Of a DNA stretch of 64,000 nt, positions 52,201 to 61,983 are shown piece after piece. The position numbers and the translations under genes were made by a program. How positions within the stretch are numbered: position 1 is the first letter of the stretch; each line of letters opens with the position of its first letter. This stretch comes from Candidatus Binatia bacterium (GTDB lineage: Bacteria > Desulfobacterota > Binatia > HRBIN30): positions 128,001 through 192,000 of the forward strand of contig JBBRSP010000003.1 in the NCBI GenBank assembly GCA_038245295.1, in the 5' to 3' direction. Under the pieces are notes generated by a model. That model was not told the origin of the DNA, did no database searches, and worked only from the letters and a program-made list of their open reading frames with translations.

Positions 52201-52738
52201 GGCGACGCGGACGCAGACGGCAACGGTTACGCCGACCGAGACGCAGACTCCCGTGGCGAGCTTCTCGCCGACAAATACGGCGACGTGGACGGTGACCCCG
52301 GAACCAAGCGACACTCCGACGTCAATCCCGACGGTGACAGCAACAGCGCAGCCATCCGCCACCGAGACGGCACTGCCGCCGCCGACCGAGACGCCGACGT
52401 TCTCCGAGGTCACGGTGACACCGCTGCCATCGCCGACGGAGACCCCTGGCGTGCCGGAAACACCATCCGCGACTGCTACCGCAACGCCAACCCCACCGCC
52501 CCCGACGGCTACCGCGACGGCGACCGAGACGCCTCCTTCATCTCTGGCCTGCGTGTGCGATTGCGATGCCGATGGCGAGGTGACGATCGACGAACTCATC
52601 GCGGCGATCGATATCGCGCTCGACCTGTTGCCCTACTCCCACTGCCCGCGCGCCGATGCGAACCTCGACGGCCAGGTGACGATCGAGGAGATCATTCAAG
52701 GTATCACCAATTCGTTGGAAGGCTGCCCGGTTGCTTGA
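49277..52738 (+). CDS. Secreted protein: cohesin-like domain, ~900-aa Thr/Pro/Ser stalk, dockerin-like EF-hand pair
   Basis: Signal peptide ending [19 protein letters not shown]...LANIEF...DGSVTV cohesin pattern; [12 protein letters not shown] and [12 protein letters not shown] loops at the C-terminus. Confidence 0.85.
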   Translation: MMRISRRSLHSLAIGLLWFSCANPALAATARLAPSTATINGTGPSASTTMVLTVDGPAGILGYNFALIYDPTILSVPPGNVTAGSSVGGSCLFVGNSSVDGKLCLTVGCTTELAGASVQLANIEFDGDMSGVSAVQFDPSGCTSPVASDGCQLETSSGTVPCTNMDGSVTVNAATPTFTIGLTATPTRTATRTPTSTPTSTPTQTPTFTRTSTPTRTPTNTSTPTQTPTNTPSSTRTSTPTLTPTRTPTSTATRTPTFTPSVTPTSSGTPTQTPTATPSRTPTSTFSPTSTFLPSNTPTQTPTNTSSPTFTSTPTATPTWTASRTPTQTSTRTASSTPTSTPTLTPSRTPTSTATITATPTNTPTGTPTKTPTSTPTLTPSRTPTSTATITATPTDTPTGTPTRTPTSTPTSTQTPTQTSTTTQTATRTATATPTSTPTQTASRTPTVTLTPTSTRTPTLTPTITGTATDTPTQTSTATQTPTITASITRTPTITATPTRTVTGTLPPTNTPSQTGTRTQTGTATQTPTNTPTNTATSTRTPTATPTASPSRTPSVTQTPSLTPTGTQPPTETPTRTNTPTQTSTVTATNTPTKTATATQTATPTHIPTQTASRTATISATPSPSRTSTATASPTRSPSGTQLPTSTPTVTGTSTSTPTSTNTATPTVTNTSTPTRTPTITATATITHTPTSSPTVTLTVTGTQPATATPTRTGTPTSTASRTPSPTITSTPSRTPTLTPSTTGTATGTRTQTATVTATITRTATNTPTSSLTPSATRTATQSPSASVPATSTVTLTPRPTSTGTPEPSSTPTQTGTRTATPSPSHTATTTPTPSSTPTATPSPTASPSPTSTPTETSTPTQTATPTATTTGPTATFTKPPTITPTETSAPEASPTRSVTRTPSGTFTPTDSPVPTGTRSPNPSRTFTMTPTATNTETPTFTFTVRPTSTPTTTRSETPTETPVPQSATPTFTKPATRTQTATVTPTETQTPVASFSPTNTATWTVTPEPSDTPTSIPTVTATAQPSATETALPPPTETPTFSEVTVTPLPSPTETPGVPETPSATATATPTPPPPTATATATETPPSSLACVCDCDADGEVTIDELIAAIDIALDLLPYSHCPRADANLDGQVTIEEIIQGITNSLEGCPVA

Positions 52739-52981
52739 CGGGAGTGGATAGCTGCGATCCCCCCGGGCAGCGTGTGAATATTGCCGATCGTTCGAGTTTG
52801 GTTTTCTAGCAAAGATTTCTGGTGCCGCGTTCTATCGCCCCGGCTCAGGCGCGGCGGCGCATTTCCACCTCGCCTTCAGTCGAAGCAAAAGCGATCAAGG
52901 GAGCAAGCTCCCCGCCGTGGCCTGCGGCCGTCTGTTTTCGGCCGTTGAACGTCTCATTGGATCAGCCGCCACCATAGATCC

Positions 52982-53282
52982 TGCACCACAAAGGACACGA
53001 AAGCCGCGAAGGGCTGAGCCACGAGAAGACACCTGCTCGGCGATTCTCTCTGCGTATTACTTACGTTCGAATTCGTCGCGGCGCGCGACGATCTGGCGAG
53101 ATTGAAACCAGCGTGCGGTTCCTTGCCACGGATGAACACCGATGAACACAGATGCAGGCCCTTTGGGCATGCGGTGCGCGCCTGGCCGTTTACAAGCCAT
53201 CTGTGTTCATCCCATTCATCCGTGGCGAGCGGCCTCTCGGTTGGGTTGCGGGCGAAGCCCGCGTCGTGCTCTTCGTGGTGCA
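52982..53282. repeat. Nested inverted repeats (MITE-like)
   Basis: Outer arms TGCACCACAAAGGACACGA / TCGTGCTCTTCGTGGTGCA. Inner arms GCCACGGATGAACACCGATGAACACAGATG (53125-53154) / CATCTGTGTTCATCCCATTCATCCGTGGC (53198-53226). Confidence 0.8.
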
Positions 53283-53449
53283 CCTTCCTTGTATGCGCGC
53301 GATTTTACGACGGAGCCACCGGCCGAACCGCCCTACAAAACGGCCGCGCGTTTGAGCTGGTTCCGGCCAACGGCTGGGCTGCTCCCGTCGAAGGTGAGCC
53401 TAAGCCTAAGGTTTTGAGAAAACCTCTAAAGCCTGCAGTGGCCGACGGC

Positions 53450-55126
53450 TCAGAAGCGCGACGCCGTTAGCTTCACATCCGATCGCTGCCACGCCTTCAA
53501 GAAGCGCTCGTAGACACAGTTCGCTTCCATCATCCGCCCCTGGGCGATCAGACTCTGGTGCAGGCCGAATAGTGACCAGCCATTCTCCGGGTTGCGCTCG
53601 AGATCATCGCGATAAACGCTTTCTGCCTGCGCGGCGCGGCCGGCGGCGAGAAGGACGGCGCCGAGGGACTGCCGCGCCGGGTAATGCCACGGCGGTGGTT
53701 CCATATAGGGTAGACGGTCCTGTTCATCGACGGCGGCGGTGAGCTCGGCTTGAGCGCTGTCCGCATCGCCGCGCCGTCCGGCCAGCTCGCCAGCCAATGT
53801 TGCCGTGGCCAGGCGCGTCATTTGCGCCGCCGATTGATTGTCGCCGACGATTCGCTCGAGCGGAATCTGTGCCGCAACACCGCGTAGTTCGTCGAGCTCG
53901 TCCTGCGCTTCGGGGAGATGATGGGTGCTCGCGAGTGCGATGCCGCGCGCGTAATGCCACAGGGCGGTGGTGTACTGCAGATCCGCTGGCGGTGCCGGCT
54001 CGTCGATCATCTGCTGCCACCGGCCAAAACGGACGAGCGCAAACCAATACGTCGGCGCGTAGAACTCGAGCATCGGCATGGCACGCTGCGCCTCCGGCGG
54101 CAGCTGCGCGACGACGCGTTGTGCCGCGTCGAGGGCGTCGGCCCTGCGCCCCTCCATGCTGGCGGCGGCCCACAGGAAGTGCAGGTTGTGGGGGTAATAC
54201 ATCATCGGATAGACGCCCTGCGGGGCGACGGCCTTGATGTACGTTTCGTCCACCTCAGCCGCGTGGCGATTGGTTTCCGTCGCTTCTTTATAATTGCCGA
54301 GTCGCATGTAGATGTGCGACGGCATGTGGACCAGGTGGCCGGCTCCGGGCACCAGGGTCTTCAAACGCTCGGCACTGGGCAATCCCTTCTCGGGATTCGC
54401 AGAACCTTCGATCGCGTGGATGTAATAGTGGTTGGCGCCCGGATGGTTGGGGTGCTCCGCCAATACGCGCTCGAGTGTGGCGACAATCTCTGTGGTGCCG
54501 GGTTGCGGCGAACCGTCGGCGGTCCACAGATCCCAGGGACGTAAATCCATCATCGATTCGGCGTAAAGCGTTGCCGCATCCGCATCATCGGGAAAACGCG
54601 CCGCCAGGTGGCCCATCGCCTCGGCAAAGGCCTCGTCCAAGGCATGCCGGTCGACCTGAGGGTCGGCGGAATAGCGGCGGCTCAGGGCTTCGATGTACTG
54701 TTGCTCGCTCTGGCTGGCCTTTGGCGCCAGGCGCACCGCCTGTTGTGTCGCTGTGTAGGCTGAGCGAGCCCGCTCGGCATCCAGCGGCAGGTTGTAGTTC
54801 GGTCCGTGCGCAAAACCGATGCCCCACCAGGCCATGGCGCACTGCGGGTCGAGTTTGGCGGCCATTTGGAACGCACGAATGGCCTCGTCGTGATTGAAAC
54901 CGTAGATCAGCCGAAGGCCCTGATCGAAGTAGCGCTGTGCTTGCGGCGATGTGGTCGTGATGGCGTGGTGATGCGTGCCGAGGTCCTCGAAGAGCGGCAC
55001 ATCGCTCGTCGCCGCCACCGCCATGTCATGGCCGGAGTGGAGACCGGGTGCCCGATTTCCGGCACAGCCAACTGCGGTAACGGTCAGAGCGCCGACAAGG
55101 GCGGCTTTGGCAACTGGCCAGTTCAT
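53450..55126 (-). CDS. TPR-repeat lipoprotein
   Basis: Lipobox TAVGC; AQRYFDQGL..YGFNHDEA; HPGANHYYIH; GHLVHMPSHIY; PENGWSL. Confidence 0.85.
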   Translation of the reverse strand: MNWPVAKAALVGALTVTAVGCAGNRAPGLHSGHDMAVAATSDVPLFEDLGTHHHAITTTSPQAQRYFDQGLRLIYGFNHDEAIRAFQMAAKLDPQCAMAWWGIGFAHGPNYNLPLDAERARSAYTATQQAVRLAPKASQSEQQYIEALSRRYSADPQVDRHALDEAFAEAMGHLAARFPDDADAATLYAESMMDLRPWDLWTADGSPQPGTTEIVATLERVLAEHPNHPGANHYYIHAIEGSANPEKGLPSAERLKTLVPGAGHLVHMPSHIYMRLGNYKEATETNRHAAEVDETYIKAVAPQGVYPMMYYPHNLHFLWAAASMEGRRADALDAAQRVVAQLPPEAQRAMPMLEFYAPTYWFALVRFGRWQQMIDEPAPPADLQYTTALWHYARGIALASTHHLPEAQDELDELRGVAAQIPLERIVGDNQSAAQMTRLATATLAGELAGRRGDADSAQAELTAAVDEQDRLPYMEPPPWHYPARQSLGAVLLAAGRAAQAESVYRDDLERNPENGWSLFGLHQSLIAQGRMMEANCVYERFLKAWQRSDVKLTASRF

Positions 55127-55198
55127 GAGCGTGCCTCTATGCCGAGGGGCCAACCGTTGCAAGTCCGGAGCGCCGCTTGGTTGTACGAGGGGAGAGAG

Positions 55199-55275
55199 TG
55201 GTGCGCCCTGGCTGATTCGAACAGCCGACCCCCAGATTCGTAGTCTGGTGCTCTATCCAGCTGAGCTAAGGGCGC
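55199..55275 (-). tRNA. tRNA-Arg (anticodon ACG)
   Basis: GCGCCCTTAGCTCAGCTGGATAGAGCACCAGACTACGAATCTGGGGGTCGGCTGTTCGAATCAGCCAGGGCGCACCA; 77 nt cloverleaf with encoded CCA. Confidence 0.97.
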
Positions 55276-55333
55276 ATGCCAAGAGCTGAAGAGTCGCGTG
55301 AGTTAACACGCACTTTCGGAGTGCGCAAGCCGC

Positions 55334-55897
55334 CTACGAGCTGGCGGCGCCGCCGCGCCACAGTAGCGGCAGCAGGCGGACGTTGTAATCGATGCCGGAC
55401 CACACCGCGAGAACGAGCGAAATCCACAGGAAGTACATGCCTCCGGCGTGCCAGGCGAGGCCGAAAAAATCGTAGTGGAGCAGCAGCCCGACCATCGCGA
55501 ACATCTGGAAGATCGTCTTGTATTTTCCGAGCTCCTCGGCGGCCACGACGATGCCGTTGTTCAAGGCCACGGCGCGTAGGCCGGTGACCAGCATCTCCCG
55601 GCCGATGATGATGATGGCCGCCCAGGCGGGGACACCGGGGCTGCGGTCCATGGCGACCAGCATGATGAGCGCCGCCGCGACGATCAGTTTGTCGGCGAGC
55701 GGGTCGAGCAGTTTGCCGAGGGTTGTGGAAATGTTCCACCGGCGCGCCAGGTAGCCGTCGAGAAAGTCGGAGACGCTGGCGACAAAGAAGGTTGCGCCGG
55801 CCAGGGCGCTCGAGGTCCGGCCCGGGTCATTGAGGAAATAGATCATCACCGGGATGAGCAGGATGCGGATGATGGTCAGGATATTCGGCAGATTCAT
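55334..55897 (-). CDS. pgsA: CDP-diacylglycerol--glycerol-3-phosphate 3-phosphatidyltransferase
   Basis: NLPNILT; DFLDGYLAR...GKLLDPLADK. Confidence 0.95.
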   Translation of the reverse strand: MNLPNILTIIRILLIPVMIYFLNDPGRTSSALAGATFFVASVSDFLDGYLARRWNISTTLGKLLDPLADKLIVAAALIMLVAMDRSPGVPAWAAIIIIGREMLVTGLRAVALNNGIVVAAEELGKYKTIFQMFAMVGLLLHYDFFGLAWHAGGMYFLWISLVLAVWSGIDYNVRLLPLLWRGGAASS

Positions 55898-55954
55898 GAG
55901 ACGATGTGCGTCGCGACGGTCTGCCGAAGGGTGGGTTGTCGGGTTGCCGCGCGG

Positions 55955-56560
55955 TTACTGAGCCAGATAGGCTTCACGGAAGCGCAGCACCTTGACCAGG
56001 TAATCCTGTGTCTCGGGGTAGGGCGGCACGCCGCCGTTCTTGTCGACCGCGCCCTCGCCGGCATTGTAGGCCGCCAAGGCGAGTCTGACATTGCCGTTGT
56101 AGCGATCGAGGAGATATCGCAGATGGCGCACACCGCCTTCGACGTTTTGCGTCGGCTCGAACGCCACGTTGACGCCGCGCATCCGCGCCGTCGCCGGCAT
56201 CAGCTGCATGAGGCCAAGGGCACCCTTCGGCGACACCGCGTCGGCCTGGAAGTCCGACTCGGCACGGATGACGGCCTTGACCAAAGCTACATCGACTTGG
56301 TGCTTCTCGGCGGCGTCACGGATGATCTGGTCGTACTTCTTGTGGCGTTTCGGATCGCTCCAGCGTCCGAACGGACTGCGCCGCCAGGTCTTCCACGCGT
56401 CGAGCTCGGCCATGTAGTAGTGGTATTGCGGTTCGGACGGGGCGTTGGAGAAGTGCAGCCCGCCGCGTGTATCGCGGTACATGTAGATATCAGCACGCGC
56501 GGAGCCGGCCAGCGAGGCCAGACCGCAGCAAGCGATCACAATCAGGCAAAGGTTTCGCAC
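55955..56560 (-). CDS. Lytic transglycosylase (SLT) with N-terminal DUF4124-like domain
   Basis: IRAES; GALGLMQLMP; AAYNAG; PYPETQDY. Confidence 0.92.
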   Translation of the reverse strand: MRNLCLIVIACCGLASLAGSARADIYMYRDTRGGLHFSNAPSEPQYHYYMAELDAWKTWRRSPFGRWSDPKRHKKYDQIIRDAAEKHQVDVALVKAVIRAESDFQADAVSPKGALGLMQLMPATARMRGVNVAFEPTQNVEGGVRHLRYLLDRYNGNVRLALAAYNAGEGAVDKNGGVPPYPETQDYLVKVLRFREAYLAQ

Positions 56561-56650
56561 CGCGGCCGACCCTAAAACGTCGGCGCGGGCTGGTCAATCG
56601 GAATCTGCACCCTGGCTATTTTGGGGCGCGCATGTGCTAGAGGCGCGCGT

Positions 56651-58243
56651 ATGCAGTCTTGTGACTTCCTCGTCATCGGCAGTGGCCTTGCCGGTCTGAC
56701 CTTTGCCCTCAAGGCGGCCGAGGTTGGATCGGTGATCGTGCTGACCAAGGACCGTGTTCCCGAGAGTGCCACGGAGTACGCGCAAGGCGGCATCGCCTCG
56801 GTGTGGAGTCCGGAGGATTCCTTCGAGGAGCACAGCCAGGATACGATGACCGCCGGCGCCGACCTGTGTCACCGCGATATCGTCGATCTCGTCGTGCGCG
56901 AGGCGCCGGAGCGGGTGCGCGAGCTGATTGCGCGCGGCACTCGCTTCTCGACACGCGGCGGCGAGTTGGCCGACGAGTATGACTTGACCAAAGAAGGCGG
57001 CCACAGTCGGCGACGCATCTTGCATGCGTCGGACGCGACCGGACGCGAAATCATGCGGGCTCTGGTCGAAGCGGTGCACCAACAGCCCAACATCAAAGTA
57101 CTCGAACGCCATCTGGCGATTGATCTGCTCATCGACGCCAAGTTTGATCGCCGCATCGAGCGGCCGTCATGTTGGGGCGCATACGCGCTGAATGTCGCGA
57201 CGGGACAAGTGGAACGCTTCACGGCCGGTGCGACGCTTCTTGCCGCGGGCGGGGCCGGCAAGGTTTACCTCTACACGACGAATCCCGACATTGCTTCCGG
57301 CGACGGGATTGCGATGGCGTATCGCGCCGGGGCCGCGGTCGGCAATATGGAATTCATCCAGTTCCACCCGACCTGTCTGTATCATCCACAGGCGAAGTCA
57401 TTCCTGATTACCGAGGCGCTACGCGGCGAAGGCGCGATCCTGCGACGGCCGGACGGAGAAGCGTTCATGAAACGCTACGACGCGCGCGCCGAGTTGGCGC
57501 CACGCGACATCGTGGCGCGCGCCATCGACAATGAGATGAAGGTCCACGGCTACGAGCACGTGTACCTCGACATCAGACATAAGGGCGCGGATTTCGTACG
57601 CGAGCGCTTTCCGATGATCTACGAGCGCTGCCGCGCCTTCGGAATCGATATCACGACCGACCAGATCCCCGTCGTGCCGGCGGCGCACTACTGTTGTGGT
57701 GGGGTGGTTACGGACGAGAATGGTGCGACGCGTGTTGGTCGCCTGTTTGCGGCCGGGGAATGCGCCATGACTGGGCTGCACGGCGCGAACCGCCTGGCGT
57801 CGAACTCGCTTCTCGAGGCCGTGGTCTTCGGACATCGAGCGTCGATAGCCGCCTGCCGCGTCGTGAGCGAGCCGAGCACGCCACCGCCGATGCCGGAATG
57901 GAATCCTGGGCAAGCGAGCGGTAGCGACGAGTCGGTGGTGGTGACGCAGAACTGGGACGAGATCCGCCGCTTCATGTGGAACTACGTCGGCATCGTGCGA
58001 TCGAATCGCCGACTGGCGCGGGCCCGCAAACGCATTGAGTTGCTGCAGCAGGAGATCCGCGAGTATTACTGGAACTTCCTGGTAACCGGAGATCTGATCG
58101 AGCTACGCAACATCGCCCTGGTGGCGGAGCTGATCATCCGTTCGGCGATCTCACGGCAGGAGAGCCGCGGTCTGCACTACAACATCGACTATCCGCAGCG
58201 CGATGATGAGCATTGGCTGCGGGATACGGTGCTGGTGCCGTAG
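56651..58243 (+). CDS. nadB: L-aspartate oxidase
   Basis: IGSGLAGL; AQGGIA; EGGHSRRRILH; QFHPT; GLHGANRLASNSLLE. Confidence 0.96.
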   Translation: MQSCDFLVIGSGLAGLTFALKAAEVGSVIVLTKDRVPESATEYAQGGIASVWSPEDSFEEHSQDTMTAGADLCHRDIVDLVVREAPERVRELIARGTRFSTRGGELADEYDLTKEGGHSRRRILHASDATGREIMRALVEAVHQQPNIKVLERHLAIDLLIDAKFDRRIERPSCWGAYALNVATGQVERFTAGATLLAAGGAGKVYLYTTNPDIASGDGIAMAYRAGAAVGNMEFIQFHPTCLYHPQAKSFLITEALRGEGAILRRPDGEAFMKRYDARAELAPRDIVARAIDNEMKVHGYEHVYLDIRHKGADFVRERFPMIYERCRAFGIDITTDQIPVVPAAHYCCGGVVTDENGATRVGRLFAAGECAMTGLHGANRLASNSLLEAVVFGHRASIAACRVVSEPSTPPPMPEWNPGQASGSDESVVVTQNWDEIRRFMWNYVGIVRSNRRLARARKRIELLQQEIREYYWNFLVTGDLIELRNIALVAELIIRSAISRQESRGLHYNIDYPQRDDEHWLRDTVLVP

Positions 58244-58259
58244 CGGGGTGGGCAGCGCA

Positions 58260-58341
58260 CCGCAGGCTGAAGGCTGCGCCTACCGACCGCCGCCGGGCCT
58301 GCTGGTGGGCCTGGTGGGTAGGCGCAAGCTTTAGCTTGCGG
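58260..58341. repeat. GTAG-type REP doublet between convergent nadB and glyA
   Basis: CCGCAGGCTGAAGGCTGCGCCTACC and inverted copy GGTAGGCGCAAGCTTTAGCTTGCGG; each has an internal hairpin. Confidence 0.75.
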
Positions 58342-58362
58342 AGGGCTGTGGTGGAGCGAGAA

Positions 58363-59601
58363 TTAGGCGAACCCGAGCGGAAACTTCTTGCACAGCGCGA
58401 CGACGTCGTCCGAAACCGACTTGAGCCCAGCCTCGTTGCCGATGTTCTGCAAGGCCCGCTGAATGAGCTCGGCGATAATGTCCATCTCCGCCTCTTTCAT
58501 CCCGCGCGTCGTGACGGCCGGCGTACCGATACGAATGCCGCTGGTAACGAACGGTGAACGCGTCTCGAACGGCACCGTGTTCTTGTTGACGGTGATGCGC
58601 GCCTTGTCGAGGGTCTCCTCGGCGATCTTACCGGTGATCTCCGTCTGTCGCAGGTCGAGCAGCATCAGGTGATTGTCGGTGCCGCCGGAGACGACGCGGA
58701 AGCCGCGTTTCATCAGGCCGCTGCACAGCGCCTTGGCGTTGTTGAGCACCTGTTGCTGGTAGACCTTGAACTCGGGCTTCAACGCTTCGGCGAAGGCCAC
58801 CGCCTTCGCGGCGATGACGTGCATCAGTGGGCCGCCCTGGTTGCCGGGAAACACCGACGAACCGATGGCCTTGGCGTAGGGTTCCTTGCACATGATCATG
58901 CCGCCGCGCGGGCCACGCAGGGTCTTGTGTGTCGTCGTGGTCACGAAGTCGCAGTGCGGCACCGGCGATGGATGCAGGCCGGCGGCGACCAGTCCGGCAA
59001 AGTGAGCGATGTCGGCCAGGATGGTTGCGCCAACCTCATCGGCGATGCGGCGGAACGCGGCAAAATCGAGGATACGCGAGTAGGCGCTGTAGCCGACGAC
59101 GATCATCTTGGGACGGTGCTGGCGCGCCAACTCGGCGATCGCGTCGTAGTCGAGCCGCTCATCCGATTCGCGTACGCCGTAGGGAACGATCTTGAAGAAC
59201 TTGCCGGAGAAATTGGCCGGGCTGCCGTGCGTTAGGTGGCCGCCGTGGGCCAGGTTCATGCCGAGAATCGTGTCGCCCGGCTGCAGCTGCGAGAAGTACA
59301 CCTCCATGTTGGCCTGCGAGCCGGAGTGAGGCTGTACGTTGACGTAGTCGGCACCGAAGAGTTGCTTGGCACGGCTGATCGCCAGCTCTTCGGCGATATC
59401 GACGAACTCGCAACCGCCGTAGTAGCGCTTCCCCGGATATCCCTCGGCGTACTTGTTCGTCAGGATGGAGCCCTGGGCTTCGAGAACGGCCCTGCTGACG
59501 ACGTTCTCAGAGGCGATGAGCTCCAGGTTGTGTTCCATACGCTGCGCTTCTTGGCGCAGGATACCGAAGATCTCGGGGTCGACGCATTCGAGCTCGGTCA
59601 T
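58363..59601 (-). CDS. glyA: Serine hydroxymethyltransferase
   Basis: [28 protein letters not shown]. Confidence 0.99.
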   Translation of the reverse strand: MTELECVDPEIFGILRQEAQRMEHNLELIASENVVSRAVLEAQGSILTNKYAEGYPGKRYYGGCEFVDIAEELAISRAKQLFGADYVNVQPHSGSQANMEVYFSQLQPGDTILGMNLAHGGHLTHGSPANFSGKFFKIVPYGVRESDERLDYDAIAELARQHRPKMIVVGYSAYSRILDFAAFRRIADEVGATILADIAHFAGLVAAGLHPSPVPHCDFVTTTTHKTLRGPRGGMIMCKEPYAKAIGSSVFPGNQGGPLMHVIAAKAVAFAEALKPEFKVYQQQVLNNAKALCSGLMKRGFRVVSGGTDNHLMLLDLRQTEITGKIAEETLDKARITVNKNTVPFETRSPFVTSGIRIGTPAVTTRGMKEAEMDIIAELIQRALQNIGNEAGLKSVSDDVVALCKKFPLGFA

Positions 59602-59603
59602 GA

Positions 59604-59843
59604 TTATTTCTTGTGCCCTTCGATGTAGGTGACGACGTCCTGCACGGTACGGATCTTCTCCGCTTCCTCGTCGGTGATCTCCATGTCGTATTCTTCCTCG
59701 AGCGCCATGACAAGCTCGACGATATCCAGGGAGTCGGCGCCGAGATCCTCGATGAACGAGGCGGTCGGCGTCACTTCCTCTTCACTCACACCCAGTTGTT
59801 CCGCAATGATCTGCCGAACCTTGCTCGCGACGTCTGCTGCCAT
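59604..59843 (-). CDS. acpP: Acyl carrier protein
   Basis: [22 protein letters not shown]. Confidence 0.97.
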   Translation of the reverse strand: MAADVASKVRQIIAEQLGVSEEEVTPTASFIEDLGADSLDIVELVMALEEEYDMEITDEEAEKIRTVQDVVTYIEGHKK

Positions 59844-59924
59844 TCTTTCCTCCTGCTCCAAAAACCGTTGGTCCGGGAGAGCCATCTCTCACCCCGGCGA
59901 GGGCCGCATCTCTACTACGGACGC

Positions 59925-60674
59925 CTACATGTACAAGCCACCATTCACCCCCAGCACCTGGCCGGTAATGTATCCAGCCGCGGGCCGCGCGAGAAAGGCC
60001 ACCACCTCCGCCACATCCTCCGCAGTACCGAACCGGCCGGCGGGAATGAGCTTCTGATACTCTGTTCTCTGGGCTTCAGGCAAGGCGGCTACCATCTCCG
60101 TGTCAACAAATCCTGGCGCCACCGCGTTGACCGTAATGTTGCGGCTGGCGAGCTCGCGAGCCATCGACCGGGTAAATCCCTCGATTCCCGCTTTGGCCGC
60201 CACGTAGGCGCCCTGGCCGGGATTGCCGAGGGCGGCGGCGGCGGAGCTGAGATTGATGATGCGCCCGTAATGGGCCCGGACCATCGATCGCGCCACGGCC
60301 TTGGTGCAATGGAAGACGCCACCCAGGTTTGTCCGGATGACTTTGTCCCAGTCGGCTTCCTTCAGGCGCAGGATGAGCGTGTCAACGGTGACGCCGGCAT
60401 TGTTGACGAGAATGTCGCAACGGCCATGTTTGGCGAGCAAAGCATCAATCGCCGCGCGTGTTGTCGTCGCGTCACCCACATCGAACGCGCACGTCTCGGC
60501 GGCGCCGCCGGCGGCGCCGATCTGCTCGACCGTCGCATCGGCGGCGGCCTGGTTGGCGACGTAATTGACGACGACGTGGGCGCCTTCGGCAGCCAGGCGC
60601 CGGGCAACAGCACGGCCGATACCACGCGAGCCGCCGGTGACGATGGCGACCTGTCCGGCAAGCGGCAGATTCAT
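59925..60674 (-). CDS. fabG: 3-oxoacyl-ACP reductase
   Basis: TGGSRGIG; NNAG; YVAAK; position between fabD and acpP. Confidence 0.93.
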   Translation of the reverse strand: MNLPLAGQVAIVTGGSRGIGRAVARRLAAEGAHVVVNYVANQAAADATVEQIGAAGGAAETCAFDVGDATTTRAAIDALLAKHGRCDILVNNAGVTVDTLILRLKEADWDKVIRTNLGGVFHCTKAVARSMVRAHYGRIINLSSAAAALGNPGQGAYVAAKAGIEGFTRSMARELASRNITVNAVAPGFVDTEMVAALPEAQRTEYQKLIPAGRFGTAEDVAEVVAFLARPAAGYITGQVLGVNGGLYM

Positions 60675-61600
60675 GACAACCACGCCCTCACCGCGTCGAT
60701 GTCCTCGGCCGGCTGGCAGTGGATCGTCGGGGCGATGCGCTTTACCAGGCCGGTCAGGATCCGGCCGGTGCCGACTTCGAGGGCGGCGCTACAGCCGAGG
60801 CCGGCCAGCGCCTGCATGGATTCCTCCCAGCGCACCGGGCTTACAACCTGGCGCACCAGTAGATCCTTCGTGCGGTTAGGGTCGGAATAGGGGAGGGCAT
60901 CGACGTTGCTGATGACCGGGCACGCGAAGGGGCGGATCTCGATGCTGTCGAGCACCTCGCGCAGACGCTCGGCGGCGGGGGCCATCAAGGCACAGTGGAA
61001 GGGAGCGCTCACCTGGAGGGCGACGGCGCGACGGGCGCCGTGCTGCTTGGCGAGATCGATGGCGCGATCGACGGCTTCGCGATGTCCCGCAATGACGATC
61101 TGGCCGCCACCGTTCAGGTTGGCAGCACTCACGACTTGTCCGTCAGCAGCCTCGGCGCACACGCTGTCGACGGCCGCAGGATCAAGACCCATCAGGGCGG
61201 CCATTGAGCCGACGCCCGGCGGCACGGCGGCCTGCATGGCGCGGCCACGTTCGCGCACCAGGTGCAGCGCGTCGGTAAAGGTCAGGGCACCAGCGGCGAC
61301 CAGGGCACTGAACTCGCCGAGGCTATGCCCAGCGGTCCACGACGGTCGAAGCGAAAACTCCGCCACCAGTACGCGCGCCAGCGCTGTCGACATGGCGAGC
61401 AGTGCTGGTTGCGTGTTTGCCGTTAACGTCAGCTCTTCGAGCGGCCCCTCAAAGCACAAACGCGACAACGGGAAGCGGAGAATGTCATCTGCTTCCCGAA
61501 ACGTCTCGCGGGCGAGCGGAAAGGTATCGCAGAGATCCTTTCCCATGCCGACCGCTTGTGAGCCTTGGCCGGGAAAGAGAAAGGCGATCTGCCGGTTCAT
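60671..61600 (-). CDS. fabD: Malonyl-CoA:ACP transacylase
   Basis: FPGQGSQ; GHSLGE; VSAPFH. Confidence 0.97.
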   Translation of the reverse strand: MNRQIAFLFPGQGSQAVGMGKDLCDTFPLARETFREADDILRFPLSRLCFEGPLEELTLTANTQPALLAMSTALARVLVAEFSLRPSWTAGHSLGEFSALVAAGALTFTDALHLVRERGRAMQAAVPPGVGSMAALMGLDPAAVDSVCAEAADGQVVSAANLNGGGQIVIAGHREAVDRAIDLAKQHGARRAVALQVSAPFHCALMAPAAERLREVLDSIEIRPFACPVISNVDALPYSDPNRTKDLLVRQVVSPVRWEESMQALAGLGCSAALEVGTGRILTGLVKRIAPTIHCQPAEDIDAVRAWLS

Positions 61601-61648
61601 TGCAGCGCGAACACCGACTGAGCAGTCTGCTGAAGAACACCACCCGAT

Positions 61649-61730
61649 GCTTCGACAGGCTCAGCATGAGCGGATCCCCGCCACGATTCCAAAAGCTTTC
61701 CGTCGCTCACCCTGAACTCGTCGAAGGGTG
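61649..61730. repeat. Intergenic palindromic element between rpmF and fabD
   Basis: CTTCGACAGGCTCAGCATGAGCG versus CGCTCACCCTGAACTCGTCGAAG; imperfect inverted repeat. Confidence 0.7.
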
Positions 61731-61753
61731 CTCCAAGCTTTTCGGGCGGGCTG

Positions 61754-61936
61754 TTAGTCGTTGTGGACCTCGATCACCTTGCGGCCGCGGTAATGACCGC
61801 AATGAGCGCAAGCCCGGTGCATCGCGGTTGCTTCGCCACACTCGGGGCAGGGCATTACCTGCGGGGCGGTCAGCGCGTCATGCGCGCGGCGCTTGTTGCG
61901 CTTCGAGGTCGAGGTCCTTCGTTTCGGCAAACCCAT
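61754..61936 (-). CDS. rpmF: 50S ribosomal protein L32
   Basis: PKRRTS; CPEC...HRACAHCG.YRG. Confidence 0.96.
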   Translation of the reverse strand: MGLPKRRTSTSKRNKRRAHDALTAPQVMPCPECGEATAMHRACAHCGHYRGRKVIEVHND

Positions 61937-61983
61937 GATCCACTCCTTAATCCACTAGATCTTTGCTGGATGTTCCAGGACGT

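Noticed and set aside
49797..52540. Repetitive DNA that could be mistaken for a CRISPR array or satellite
   Set aside because: In-frame coding low complexity, with no constant repeat and unique spacers.
49379..52599. Long VGV/VAV-rich minus-strand ORFs and HAD/RRR-rich alternate-frame ORFs (also at 2160-2732, 20406-20711, 23390-24025)
   Set aside because: They are shadows of the Thr/Pro codon repeats in the real gene.
55199..55275. tRNA-Arg as an island integration site
   Set aside because: No integrase, and I did not see a duplicate of the tRNA 3' end in the window.
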